From Pyrinomonadaceae bacterium (GTDB lineage: Bacteria > Acidobacteriota > Blastocatellia > Pyrinomonadales > Pyrinomonadaceae), in the NCBI GenBank assembly GCA_046313635.1, contig JBKBYA010000003.1:32001-96000 (forward strand): DNA of 64,000 nt, given 5' to 3'. The notes below the pieces were generated by a model. The model saw only the letters and a program-made list of their open reading frames with translations. It was not told where the DNA came from and did not search any database. A program made the translations under genes and the position numbers. This document shows positions 28,901 to 38,084 of this stretch, one piece after another (the stretch's first letter is position 1; each line of letters opens with the position of its first letter).

Positions 28901-31900
28901 GTTGCGCTGTGCTCGTCGGCTGTCGTCCACGTCGGTATTGGTGCCGAACCATCGCGTGATGCGCCCGTCGCCGTCACGCAGCGGATTGACACGCGTCAGG
29001 AACCAGCGAAATTTGCCCCGCGCGCTCCTGAGCGGAAACTCCATCTCAAACGGCTCGCCGGTCGCCAGCGAAAGCTTCCATCGATCGACGACCTCGGGGA
29101 GCACTTCCGGGTCGTGGACCGACTGCCATCCCCAGCCCTCCATCTGCTCGGGCGTCGTGCCCGTGTACTCGTACCAGCGATGGTTGTACCAAAAGATGTA
29201 TCCCTCGGCGTCGGCCATCCACGCCAGCTGAGGGATCGTGTCGGCCATCGTCCGCAGTGTCTCTTCGGATCGGCGGAGGGCGTTCTCGGCGGCGCGCCTC
29301 TCGATCGCGATGCCGGCGATGCGTGCCGCCGACGCAAGGATCGTCAGCTCCTCGGGTCTCGGCGAACGCGGCTCGTCGAAGTAGATCGCAAACGTGCCGT
29401 AAAGCTTTCCGCTGGGCGAGACGATCGGGTTTGACCAGCACGAGCGAAACCCGAACTGCTCGGCAAGATGCTTAAAATCCTTCCAGAGCGGATCGGTCAT
29501 TACGTCCGACACGACGACCGGCTCGCGGCGGTACGCGGCCGTTCCGCAGCTGCCGACGCCGTCGCCGATCACGATGCCGTTGATCGCCTCGTTGTACTCC
29601 TCGGCGAGACGTCTCGCCGAACCGAGAAAGAGGCGCTTGCCCTCGTCGTCGGCGAGCAGCACCGAGGCGGCCGAGCCCGGCAATTGACCCTCGATCGCGG
29701 CGGTCGTGCGGCTGAGGATCTCCTCGAGCGATTCGCCGACCATGACCGCCTCGAGGACCTCGTTCTGCCCGGCGATCTGCCGCTCGGCGATCTTGCGCGT
29801 CGTGAGATCGGTCATACCGCCGAGCATACGCACGGGCCTGCCGGCCTCGTCGCGAATGACGAAGCCGCGATCAAGCACCTCAGCCGAGCTGCCGTCGGCC
29901 TTTAAGAAGCGGTACTCGTCGGTCCACTCCTGAGCGCCGCTCTCGATGACGCTCCGGATGACCTTCATTACGCGGTCGCGGTCGTCCGGGTGGATGTGCT
30001 CGTACCACCAATCGACGCGCTCGCCGACCTCGCTCGGGTCGTAGCCGAACAGCGTGCGGACGCCGTCGTTCCACCAAAGGGTATCGGTGGCGAGGTCCCA
30101 GTCCCAGATCGCGTCGTTGGTCACCTGGGCGACGACTATGAATCGGTCATTCGCCTTTGTAGCGGCCTCCTCGGCACGCTTTCGGGCGGTGATGTCCTGG
30201 ATGACCGTCAGCGCGAACGGCTCGCCCGCGATGTCGATCCGCTCGGCGGAGAGCAGGCCGACGATCTCGCGCCCGTCGCGTGTCGTGAACTCGTACTCGA
30301 GATCCTTGACGCGGCCGGCCTGCCGCACGGCTTCGAGCTCGGCCTCGCGATCGGAGATGCGCTTCCACAGGTCCAGTTCGACGGTGGTGCGCCCGATCGC
30401 CTCCTCGCGCGAATATCCGGTGATGTCGACGAATGTCTGATTCACCTCGACGAGCCGGCCGTCCTTGAGCGACGAGATCGTGAGCACGAGCGGGCTCGAG
30501 TCAAATGCCTTGGAAAATCGCTCCTCCGATTCGCGCAGGGCGGCGTCGATGCGGAGCTTTTCGATCGCGGTCCAGGTCCGCTCGGCGACGGTCTCGATCA
30601 GCGAGACGTCCTGCTCGTCCCAGTCGCGCGGCTCGGTGTCGCTCGCCCACAGCGAAGCCACCCAACGCCCGTCGCGCATCAGCGGCACGGCGACGTACGA
30701 GCGCTCACCGCTCTGCAGATATGTCCGCTCGTAGTCGGCGGCTGTCCTCGGGTCGATCTTGGAGTCTCGATTGACGACCGTAATGCCGCGGCGCATCTCA
30801 GAGGTCGTCACCGCGCTGTAGTCCGAGACCCGGTGCACTCCGGCGACCGACTCCACATCCCGACAATAGTCGCGGTGCACTCGCTCGACGTCGTTCTCGA
30901 GATCGATCTCGTTAAAGAGGCACCGCTGCGCCTGCAGGTACTGGCCGAGGGCCTCAGCGACCGAATAGAGGAGGTCGTCGACATCTGTCTGAGTGCGAAC
31001 GATGTCGCTGATGCGCGCGAGGACGTCGAGCCGAGACTCCGACCGCCGGCGATCTTCGATATCGATGCACGAGCCGATAAAGCCGACAAACTCGCCGCCG
31101 GGCCCAAACCGCGGCACCCCGTTGTTCAGGACCCAGCGAAATTCACCGCTGTACCGGCGAAGCCGAAACTCGATCGAGAACGCCTCGCGGGCGCTCACCG
31201 ACCCCGAGATCGTCCGCTCGCACGTCTCGCGGTCGTCAGGGTGCACCGCCTCGAGCCATCCGCTGCCGACCTCGTCCTCCATCCTGCGGCCCGTAAAATC
31301 GAGCCAGGGCTTGTTAAACCACGTGCAGCCGCCGCGCTCGTCCGAGACCCAGATCAGGACCGGGGCCGCGTCGGCGACGTCGCGGAATCGTCCCTCGCTC
31401 TCGCGCAGAGCGGCCTCGGCCGCCATTCTCTCGGTGACGTCCTGATGCACCAGCGCGACCTGAGTGATCTCGCCACGCGCGTTCCGAAGCGGATAAGCGA
31501 CCGCCGACACCCACCGGCGTGCGTTCGAGTGCCGCGTCCGGCCGGGCAGCGTCTCGTTCGGGTCGTACCGGATGATCGGCAGCTCGACGACCTCGCCGGC
31601 AAAGGCTCGACGGATGTGTTCGGCGATCCCGCGGGCCTCGAGCTGCGGGTCCTTGAGGATGTTGTATTCCGATATCTGGTCGAGCGTGACGCCCCACAGC
31701 TCTTCCCACGCGCGGTTGACCTGCGTCGGCCGGCCGGACGGGTCAAAGATCTGTACGCTGAAGGGCGCCTGCTCCATCAGGCTGCGAAAGCGCTCTTCGC
31801 TCTCGACCAGCGCGTCCTGCAGATTGCGTCGCTCGGTGATGTCCTGGACGACACCGTACATTCCAAGCACGCGGCCGGCGTCGTCATATCTCGCACGGCC

Positions 31901-33454
31901 CCAGGCCGAAACCCAAACGACGCGGCCAGACTCTTGAACGATGCGGTACTGCGCCTCGTACCTGCCGCCTTGCGCGACCGAACTCTCGACCTCGGCACGC
32001 ACCGCTCCGCGATCGTCGTCATGGATCAGATCCTGCAGTTCGGCCCATTTGATAGAAGGGCCGGGCGGCACGCCCAAGATCGCCGCCGCACGGTCAGACA
32101 GCGTCACTACATCGCTCTCGGTGTCCCACGACCAGTCGCCGAGTTCCGATGCGGCGAGGGCGACGTTGATCCGCTCGATGGCCGCCCGGAGCTCTTCCTC
32201 GACACGCTTGCGGTCGGTGATATCGACGATGCCTGCGACCGTGCGCACCGGCCGTCCGGCGGCGTCCTTGACCAGACGGCCGGAGACGTGGGCCCAAACG
32301 ATCTCGCCGTCGGGCCTGAGGTACCGCTTCTCGATATTCCAGCGCTCGGCCTCGCCGCGCAGGATGGGGCCGACGATGGCCATTTCGGCCTCGCGGTCGT
32401 CGGGGTGCGTGATCTCGCTAAAAGGCTTCTGCAGCAGTTCGGCCTCGGTGAGACCGGTTATCTCGCAAAAGCGGCTGTTCACCCGAACGAAGCGGCCGGT
32501 TTTGGGATCGGCCTGGGCCATCCCGACGCCGGAAAGGTCAAAAAGACTCTTGAACTCGGTCTCGCTCTGATCGAGCTTTGCCTGCGCGGTCTTGCGGTCG
32601 GTAATGTCTATGCCGACGCCGTATATGCGGATCGGCTCGCCCGTGTCGGAGTAAACGGCCTCGCCGCGGCCCTCCATCCAGCGGACGCTGCCGTCTGCGT
32701 GATAAAAGCGGAACTCGACCGAATAGCTGCGCCGCTCGGCGATCGCCCTTTCGACCTCGCGAAACACCGCCTCGCGATCATCCTCGTGCACCAGCTCGTA
32801 AAAAGCATTCTCGTTCGAGGCGAATGTTCCGTGCGGCAGCCCGAAGATCTCCTCGAGGTCCTCGCTCCACCAGACGACACCGGTCCGCATATCGCGGGTC
32901 CACGCGCCCATCCGGCTGCTCCGCATCGCGAGCGTCAGGATCGCCTGGTTCTGAATGAACGCCTCCTCGGCCGCCTTGCGTTCGGTGATGTTGCGGATGA
33001 TGCTGACGATAAGGCGCTCGCCGCCGACCTCGGAGCTGGCCGAGCTGACCTCGACCGGAAACCGAGTGCCGTCCTTTCGGATATGCACGGTCTCGAACCG
33101 GATGCCCGCAGCCGTGGCCTTTTGATACTGCTCTTCCAGATCGGGAAGCGTCTCGGGAGCTCGAAGGTCGCGGATCGTCTTTGAGAGAAGTTCGTCGCGG
33201 CTGTAGCGATATTCGCTCACGGCCGCCGGATTGGCCTCGATGATCCGTCCGGTCGAGGGTTCGATAAAGAGGATCACGTCGCGTGCCTGCATCAGGAGCA
33301 AGTGATACCTGTCTCGGATCTGATCGGAGGCGTCGGCTGGTGTGCAGGCCTCTGTTGTCGACCCGTTCGCGGACGGGTCGGCAGCCGGATCTCCGGCTGT
33401 CCCGCTCTTGGGGACCGCGGCCCTCCTTCCCTTGTTCTTGCTGGTCATTCCCAC
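25910..33454 (-). CDS. very large cytoplasmic hybrid sensor kinase (about 11 PAS, 4 GAF, HisKA, HATPase, REC)
   Basis: Repeated PAS/PAC modules ending in DITxRK; SHELRTPL; NLLQNAVKFT; GLGLGL; C-terminal receiver (SDVGMP, KP). Confidence 0.93.
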   Translation of the reverse strand: MGMTSKNKGRRAAVPKSGTAGDPAADPSANGSTTEACTPADASDQIRDRYHLLLMQARDVILFIEPSTGRIIEANPAAVSEYRYSRDELLSKTIRDLRAPETLPDLEEQYQKATAAGIRFETVHIRKDGTRFPVEVSSASSEVGGERLIVSIIRNITERKAAEEAFIQNQAILTLAMRSSRMGAWTRDMRTGVVWWSEDLEEIFGLPHGTFASNENAFYELVHEDDREAVFREVERAIAERRSYSVEFRFYHADGSVRWMEGRGEAVYSDTGEPIRIYGVGIDITDRKTAQAKLDQSETEFKSLFDLSGVGMAQADPKTGRFVRVNSRFCEITGLTEAELLQKPFSEITHPDDREAEMAIVGPILRGEAERWNIEKRYLRPDGEIVWAHVSGRLVKDAAGRPVRTVAGIVDITDRKRVEEELRAAIERINVALAASELGDWSWDTESDVVTLSDRAAAILGVPPGPSIKWAELQDLIHDDDRGAVRAEVESSVAQGGRYEAQYRIVQESGRVVWVSAWGRARYDDAGRVLGMYGVVQDITERRNLQDALVESEERFRSLMEQAPFSVQIFDPSGRPTQVNRAWEELWGVTLDQISEYNILKDPQLEARGIAEHIRRAFAGEVVELPIIRYDPNETLPGRTRHSNARRWVSAVAYPLRNARGEITQVALVHQDVTERMAAEAALRESEGRFRDVADAAPVLIWVSDERGGCTWFNKPWLDFTGRRMEDEVGSGWLEAVHPDDRETCERTISGSVSAREAFSIEFRLRRYSGEFRWVLNNGVPRFGPGGEFVGFIGSCIDIEDRRRSESRLDVLARISDIVRTQTDVDDLLYSVAEALGQYLQAQRCLFNEIDLENDVERVHRDYCRDVESVAGVHRVSDYSAVTTSEMRRGITVVNRDSKIDPRTAADYERTYLQSGERSYVAVPLMRDGRWVASLWASDTEPRDWDEQDVSLIETVAERTWTAIEKLRIDAALRESEERFSKAFDSSPLVLTISSLKDGRLVEVNQTFVDITGYSREEAIGRTTVELDLWKRISDREAELEAVRQAGRVKDLEYEFTTRDGREIVGLLSAERIDIAGEPFALTVIQDITARKRAEEAATKANDRFIVVAQVTNDAIWDWDLATDTLWWNDGVRTLFGYDPSEVGERVDWWYEHIHPDDRDRVMKVIRSVIESGAQEWTDEYRFLKADGSSAEVLDRGFVIRDEAGRPVRMLGGMTDLTTRKIAERQIAGQNEVLEAVMVGESLEEILSRTTAAIEGQLPGSAASVLLADDEGKRLFLGSARRLAEEYNEAINGIVIGDGVGSCGTAAYRREPVVVSDVMTDPLWKDFKHLAEQFGFRSCWSNPIVSPSGKLYGTFAIYFDEPRSPRPEELTILASAARIAGIAIERRAAENALRRSEETLRTMADTIPQLAWMADAEGYIFWYNHRWYEYTGTTPEQMEGWGWQSVHDPEVLPEVVDRWKLSLATGEPFEMEFPLRSARGKFRWFLTRVNPLRDGDGRITRWFGTNTDVDDSRRAQRNAELLAEISRDLSMLAGEVEIMTAASEKIGRFFAASDCVFSEFDRETGRVRILKIWSRDGSTRTSPPSIDLADFFGGPTVETVASAEPVVIRDTDTDPLTAEHAARFRDEGVRSFIWTKYLELGAPKYGLSVNDSVPRDWAADEIALLGELSTRLWARIERARSEEKIRQNEATLRAYYNNSPLMMGVVELDSDDAIYHVYDNPATCAFFGIPPGATAGQNTDGLGTSESVRRLWAQKYRESQRISGPVSFEFSQPVRGKTRWMSATVSPIGEGEQGRARFAYVAEDTTERKRADEEIRYQLDLTKTITDNTQSALWLMDLDGRATFVNHATERISGFKAEELIGEIIHDKIHHTRPDGSPFPADECPLGGKLNKTEPVVGYEDHFIHKNGHFYPVRCNARPIFKDGELVGTVLEVQDITDEKRAQRALLRAERKAAEEYLRLLERIIPLAEALGTARDLTSVYRSLKDFIHASMTVSAFFVSFYDSERRLCLPAYVWGEGAEIDISELPPMPISPGGGPNSQAIFERRAVITNNYWDQQKNRPHIVVNDNGRDPNSSLVVPMMFQNEVIGTLEVQAHDDGMFSSEHAVALEMAANLAAVAIQNVRLIETEAAARAEAENANRMKDEFLSVLSHELRTPLNAMLGWIRLLRGGGLDEQRSVKALEVIERNTRQQSSLIEDLLDVSRIISGKMRVEHELLDLNTAINMAAETIRPLAVSRDVIFLIEGDDEPLYLRGDVVRLQQVVTNLLQNAVKFTPAGGVVTLSKRRSGLSAEIAVRDTGIGIDPEFLPHIFDRFSQADLSTKRTNTGLGLGLTIVRNIVELHGGRISADSAGPGTGAAFTVVLPLAAELYDVSNVGRPVQPQPGPDSRPLDGVRILTVDDDEESLLPTRLLLEREGAIVLATTSAGEAVELLRTREFDILISDVGMPGLDGYELIRLLRSDTASPNRRIKAVALTAYAAEDDKLKLIAAGFDAHVTKPLDFDQLMAAIRRLRAAV

Positions 33455-33568
33455 CCTGTCACTCTGAGGTCAAAAGCACCTTTATTGTAAGGTTTTTGTC
33501 CGCCGAATCAAGCATTTGGCGATGCCGCCGGATGCCTCTCACCCAAGCTTCAAGGGTCCGAAAAAAAA

Positions 33569-33598
33569 GTTGACAACAACGCACTCAACCTTTATCAT
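33569..33598 (+). promoter_or_regulatory. sigma70 promoter of dnaK overlapped by a HAIR-like HspR operator
   Basis: TTGACA (33570-33575)-17 nt-TATCAT (33593-33598); GTTGACA-N7-ACTCAAC (33569-33589) versus the HAIR consensus CTTGAGT-N7-ACTCAAG. Confidence 0.75.
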
Positions 33599-33665
33599 CA
33601 TCCCAGGCTCAACAACATATTAGTTCATAACGAGCGAAGTCATTTTAATCAGGAGATAAGACAGG

Positions 33666-35609
<1,944 letters not shown>

Positions 35610-35610
35610 T

Positions 35611-35665
35611 CGGTAAGCAGTGAGCGGCAAGCGGTGGACCGAGACCGTTCACTGCTGCCGCTTTT
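35611..35665 (+). repeat. degenerate heptamer hairpin, possible terminator or attenuator between dnaK and dnaJ
   Basis: CGGTAAG CAGTGAG CGGCAAG CGGTGGA ... CCGTTCACTGCTGCCG followed by CTTTT. Confidence 0.6.
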
Positions 35666-35755
35666 CTGTGAACTTTTTTTGACAACTGTGCGGCTTGCCG
35701 CGAGCGGCGAGCGGCGGACCTCGGTCCGCCGCTCTTTGGCTCAATCGATCGTGAA

Positions 35756-36919
35756 ATGGCAGCGAAAAAGGACTACTACCAGATACTCGGTATAAAAAAG
35801 GACGCCAAGGCTGACGAGATCAAAAAGGCGTACCGCAAGCTCGCGCGCAAGTATCATCCGGACGTCAATCCGAACGACAAGGCCGCCGAGGAAAAGTTCA
35901 AAGAGGTCCAGGAGGCGTACGACGTTCTCTCGGACGAAAAGAAGCGAAAGGTCTTTGACCGCTTCGGCTATTACAACGACAACCTCGATCCCGACGCGCC
36001 CTTCGGCGCCGGTGCCGCCGCCGGCGGCGCGGGAGCTCCGGGATTCGACTTTTCGGGTTTCACATGGGACACGGGAACGACGTCCGGCGGGTCTAGCTTT
36101 CGAGATATATTTTCGGATCTCTTCGGCGGCGGGGCCGGGGCTCGCCGCGAACCCGAACCGCCGCGTCCCGTTCCGAAGAAAGGCCGCGATATCGAGATCC
36201 CGCTGGCGCTGAGCTTTGAAGAGGCGTTCAGCGGTCTGACCACAAACATCACGGTCGAACGCAGCGAGCAGTGCTCGCGCTGCCAGGGAGCGGGCGATAC
36301 GGGCGGACCCGTCGTCACGTGCACGACCTGTAAGGGTACGGGCCAGGTGATGCGTACCGGCGGACGGCTGCAGTTCTCGCAGGCCTGTCCAGACTGCGAA
36401 GGTACGGGCCGGCGTCGCACGCCGTGCAGCCTGTGTCACGGCAAGGGCGTTACGCCAAAGACCGAGCAGGTCAAGGTGCGGATCCCGGCCGGGGTCGATA
36501 CGGGCTCGCGAGTCCGCGTTCCCAAGAAAGGTCACGGCGGTCGACTCGGCGCCGAGCCCGGCGATCTATACATCGTGACGAATGTCGGCAAGCACCGCTT
36601 TCTCGAGCGCCGGGGCGACAATGTGTACGTGACCGTCCCGATCACCGTGCCGGAGGCCGCGCTCGGCGCCAGGATCGAGGTGCCGACCGTCGAGGGCCGC
36701 GCGCAGCTCCGCGTGCCGCCGGGTACCGAGAGCGGGCAGAAGTTTCGCCTCCGCGAGCGCGGGTTCCCGAGTTTGCGGAACCCGAATCTGCGGGGTGACG
36801 AATTTGTCGAGGTCAAGATCACGCTGCCAAAAGTGATCTCTGAAGAAACAAAACAAACTCTCCGGGAATTTGAAAAGCAAAACCCCGAGAACCCGAGAAA
36901 GGCGATGGGGCTGGAGTGA
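35756..36919 (+). CDS. dnaJ: chaperone DnaJ
   Basis: J domain with HPD, G/F region, four CxxCxGxG motifs, C-terminal domain. Confidence 0.96.
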   Translation: MAAKKDYYQILGIKKDAKADEIKKAYRKLARKYHPDVNPNDKAAEEKFKEVQEAYDVLSDEKKRKVFDRFGYYNDNLDPDAPFGAGAAAGGAGAPGFDFSGFTWDTGTTSGGSSFRDIFSDLFGGGAGARREPEPPRPVPKKGRDIEIPLALSFEEAFSGLTTNITVERSEQCSRCQGAGDTGGPVVTCTTCKGTGQVMRTGGRLQFSQACPDCEGTGRRRTPCSLCHGKGVTPKTEQVKVRIPAGVDTGSRVRVPKKGHGGRLGAEPGDLYIVTNVGKHRFLERRGDNVYVTVPITVPEAALGARIEVPTVEGRAQLRVPPGTESGQKFRLRERGFPSLRNPNLRGDEFVEVKITLPKVISEETKQTLREFEKQNPENPRKAMGLE

Positions 36920-36922
36920 CGG

Positions 36923-37068
36923 GGAAGTTGCGAAGTTTCGAAAGTTGCGAGGTTTCGAAAGTTGCGAGGTTTCGAAAGTTGCGAGGTTTCGAAAGTTGCG
37001 AGGTTTCGAAAGTTGCGAGGTTTCGACAGTTGCGAAGTTTCGAAAGTTGCGAAGTTTTGAAAGTCGCG
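36923..37068 (+). repeat. tandem 17-bp repeat (GAAAGTTGCGAGGTTTC), 8 full units plus 1 partial
   Basis: Units start at 36923, 36940, 36957, 36974, 36991, 37008, 37025, 37042 and 37059; units 2-6 are identical; no unique spacers. Confidence 0.97.
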
Positions 37069-37077
37069 GACTGACTT

Positions 37078-37449
37078 ATGGCGAAGTTCGACGGGTTTGA
37101 AGATATACAGGCTTGGCAGAAAGCGTACGAAGTCACGCTTCAGGTATATCGGATAACCGACAATGGCTCCTTCGCGAGAGATTTCGGCTTGAAGGACCAG
37201 ATCAGGCGTGCCGCCGTTTCCGTGATGGCAAACATCGCCGAAGGACACGGCCGCAAAAGCAATATCGAATTTGCCAATTTTTTGAATATGGCCCGCGGAT
37301 CAGCTCACGAGGTTCAAAGCCATCTGCATATCGCCGTTGGACTGGGCTACATCGAGCGGCCCGAATTTGAGGCGATCTACGCCTCACTGTCGGAAATCTT
37401 CCGGATGACCTTGGCGCTTGCACGGTACCTTAGGGAAAAGGGGAACTGA
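37078..37449 (+). CDS. four-helix-bundle protein (23S rRNA intervening-sequence protein / Avd-like family)
   Basis: FEDIQAWQKA, LKDQIRRAAVSVMANIAEG, F-L-N-M-A-R-G-S-A-H-E-V; more AT-rich codons than its neighbours. Confidence 0.93.
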   Translation: MAKFDGFEDIQAWQKAYEVTLQVYRITDNGSFARDFGLKDQIRRAAVSVMANIAEGHGRKSNIEFANFLNMARGSAHEVQSHLHIAVGLGYIERPEFEAIYASLSEIFRMTLALARYLREKGN

Positions 37450-37459
37450 CCAAACTCCG

Positions 37460-37497
37460 ACCTCGCAACTTTCGAAACTTTCGCAACTTCGCAACTT
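37460..37497 (-). repeat. inverted copy of the upstream 17-bp repeat
   Basis: ACCTCGCAACTTTCGAAACTT (37460-37480) is the exact reverse complement of 36933-36953 and continues as TCGCAACTTCGCAACTT. Confidence 0.95.
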
Positions 37498-37505
37498 GAA
37501 AGCGT

Positions 37506-37916
37506 ATGAAAAAACGGGTCAAAACCTACACGATCAGCGCGGTGGCGGAGATGTATGACATTCACCCGCAGACCCTTCGGCTCTATGAACGCGAGGGGCT
37601 GCTCAAGCCTTCGCGCTCGGACGGCAACACGCGTTTGTATTCTGACCAAGACCTCGAGCGGCTCGAGATCATCCTCTCTTTGACGCGCGACCTCGGCGTC
37701 AATCTCGCGGGCGTCGAGATCATCCTCAATATGCGGCAGAAGATGAACGACATGCAGCAGGAGTTTGAGCGCTTCTTCAATTACATCCGAACGCATGCCG
37801 GTGAATTCTCTCCCGGAGCGGACGCCCTTGCCGGCTCCGAGGCGCTCATACCTGTCTCACGCATGCGGGCAGTCGCGGCCACCCGCCGGACAAAAGTTCC
37901 TCCCGATTCCGAGTAG
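37506..37916 (+). CDS. hspR: MerR-family heat-shock repressor HspR
   Basis: YTISAVAEMYDIHPQTLRLYEREGLLKPSRSDGNTRLYS, LGVNLAGVEII; located in the dnaK-dnaJ cluster. Confidence 0.9.
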   Translation: MKKRVKTYTISAVAEMYDIHPQTLRLYEREGLLKPSRSDGNTRLYSDQDLERLEIILSLTRDLGVNLAGVEIILNMRQKMNDMQQEFERFFNYIRTHAGEFSPGADALAGSEALIPVSRMRAVAATRRTKVPPDSE

Positions 37917-38084
37917 CGGACGTCAGCGCCCGGCAGGACCTCAAAGGCTCGCTCGACGGGCCTTTTATTTTTTGCCGGCCAAAAAAGGCGTCGCACACGC
38001 GGACGCTTCGTTGCAAAAGCCGCCGATACCGGATAAAAATACAAGCTTCGGTCATTCGACCTACACCCATAGCTCAGGAGTAAA

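Noticed and set aside
29990..33184. 1064-aa plus-strand ORF and other long antisense ORFs (e.g. 49168-51012, 38253-39848, 56946-58298)
   Set aside because: Shadow frames of high-GC genes with no recognisable motifs.
36923..37068. CRISPR array
   Set aside because: Units are 17 bp and directly adjacent, with no unique spacers and no cas genes.
36532..37248. Minus-strand ORFs with repeated TFETSQLSKPRNFRNLA peptides
   Set aside because: These are translations of the 17-bp repeat overlapping dnaJ and the four-helix-bundle gene in antisense.
37078..37449. Diversity-generating retroelement (Avd-like gene)
   Set aside because: No reverse transcriptase and no template/variable repeat pair with adenine-specific differences is visible in the window.
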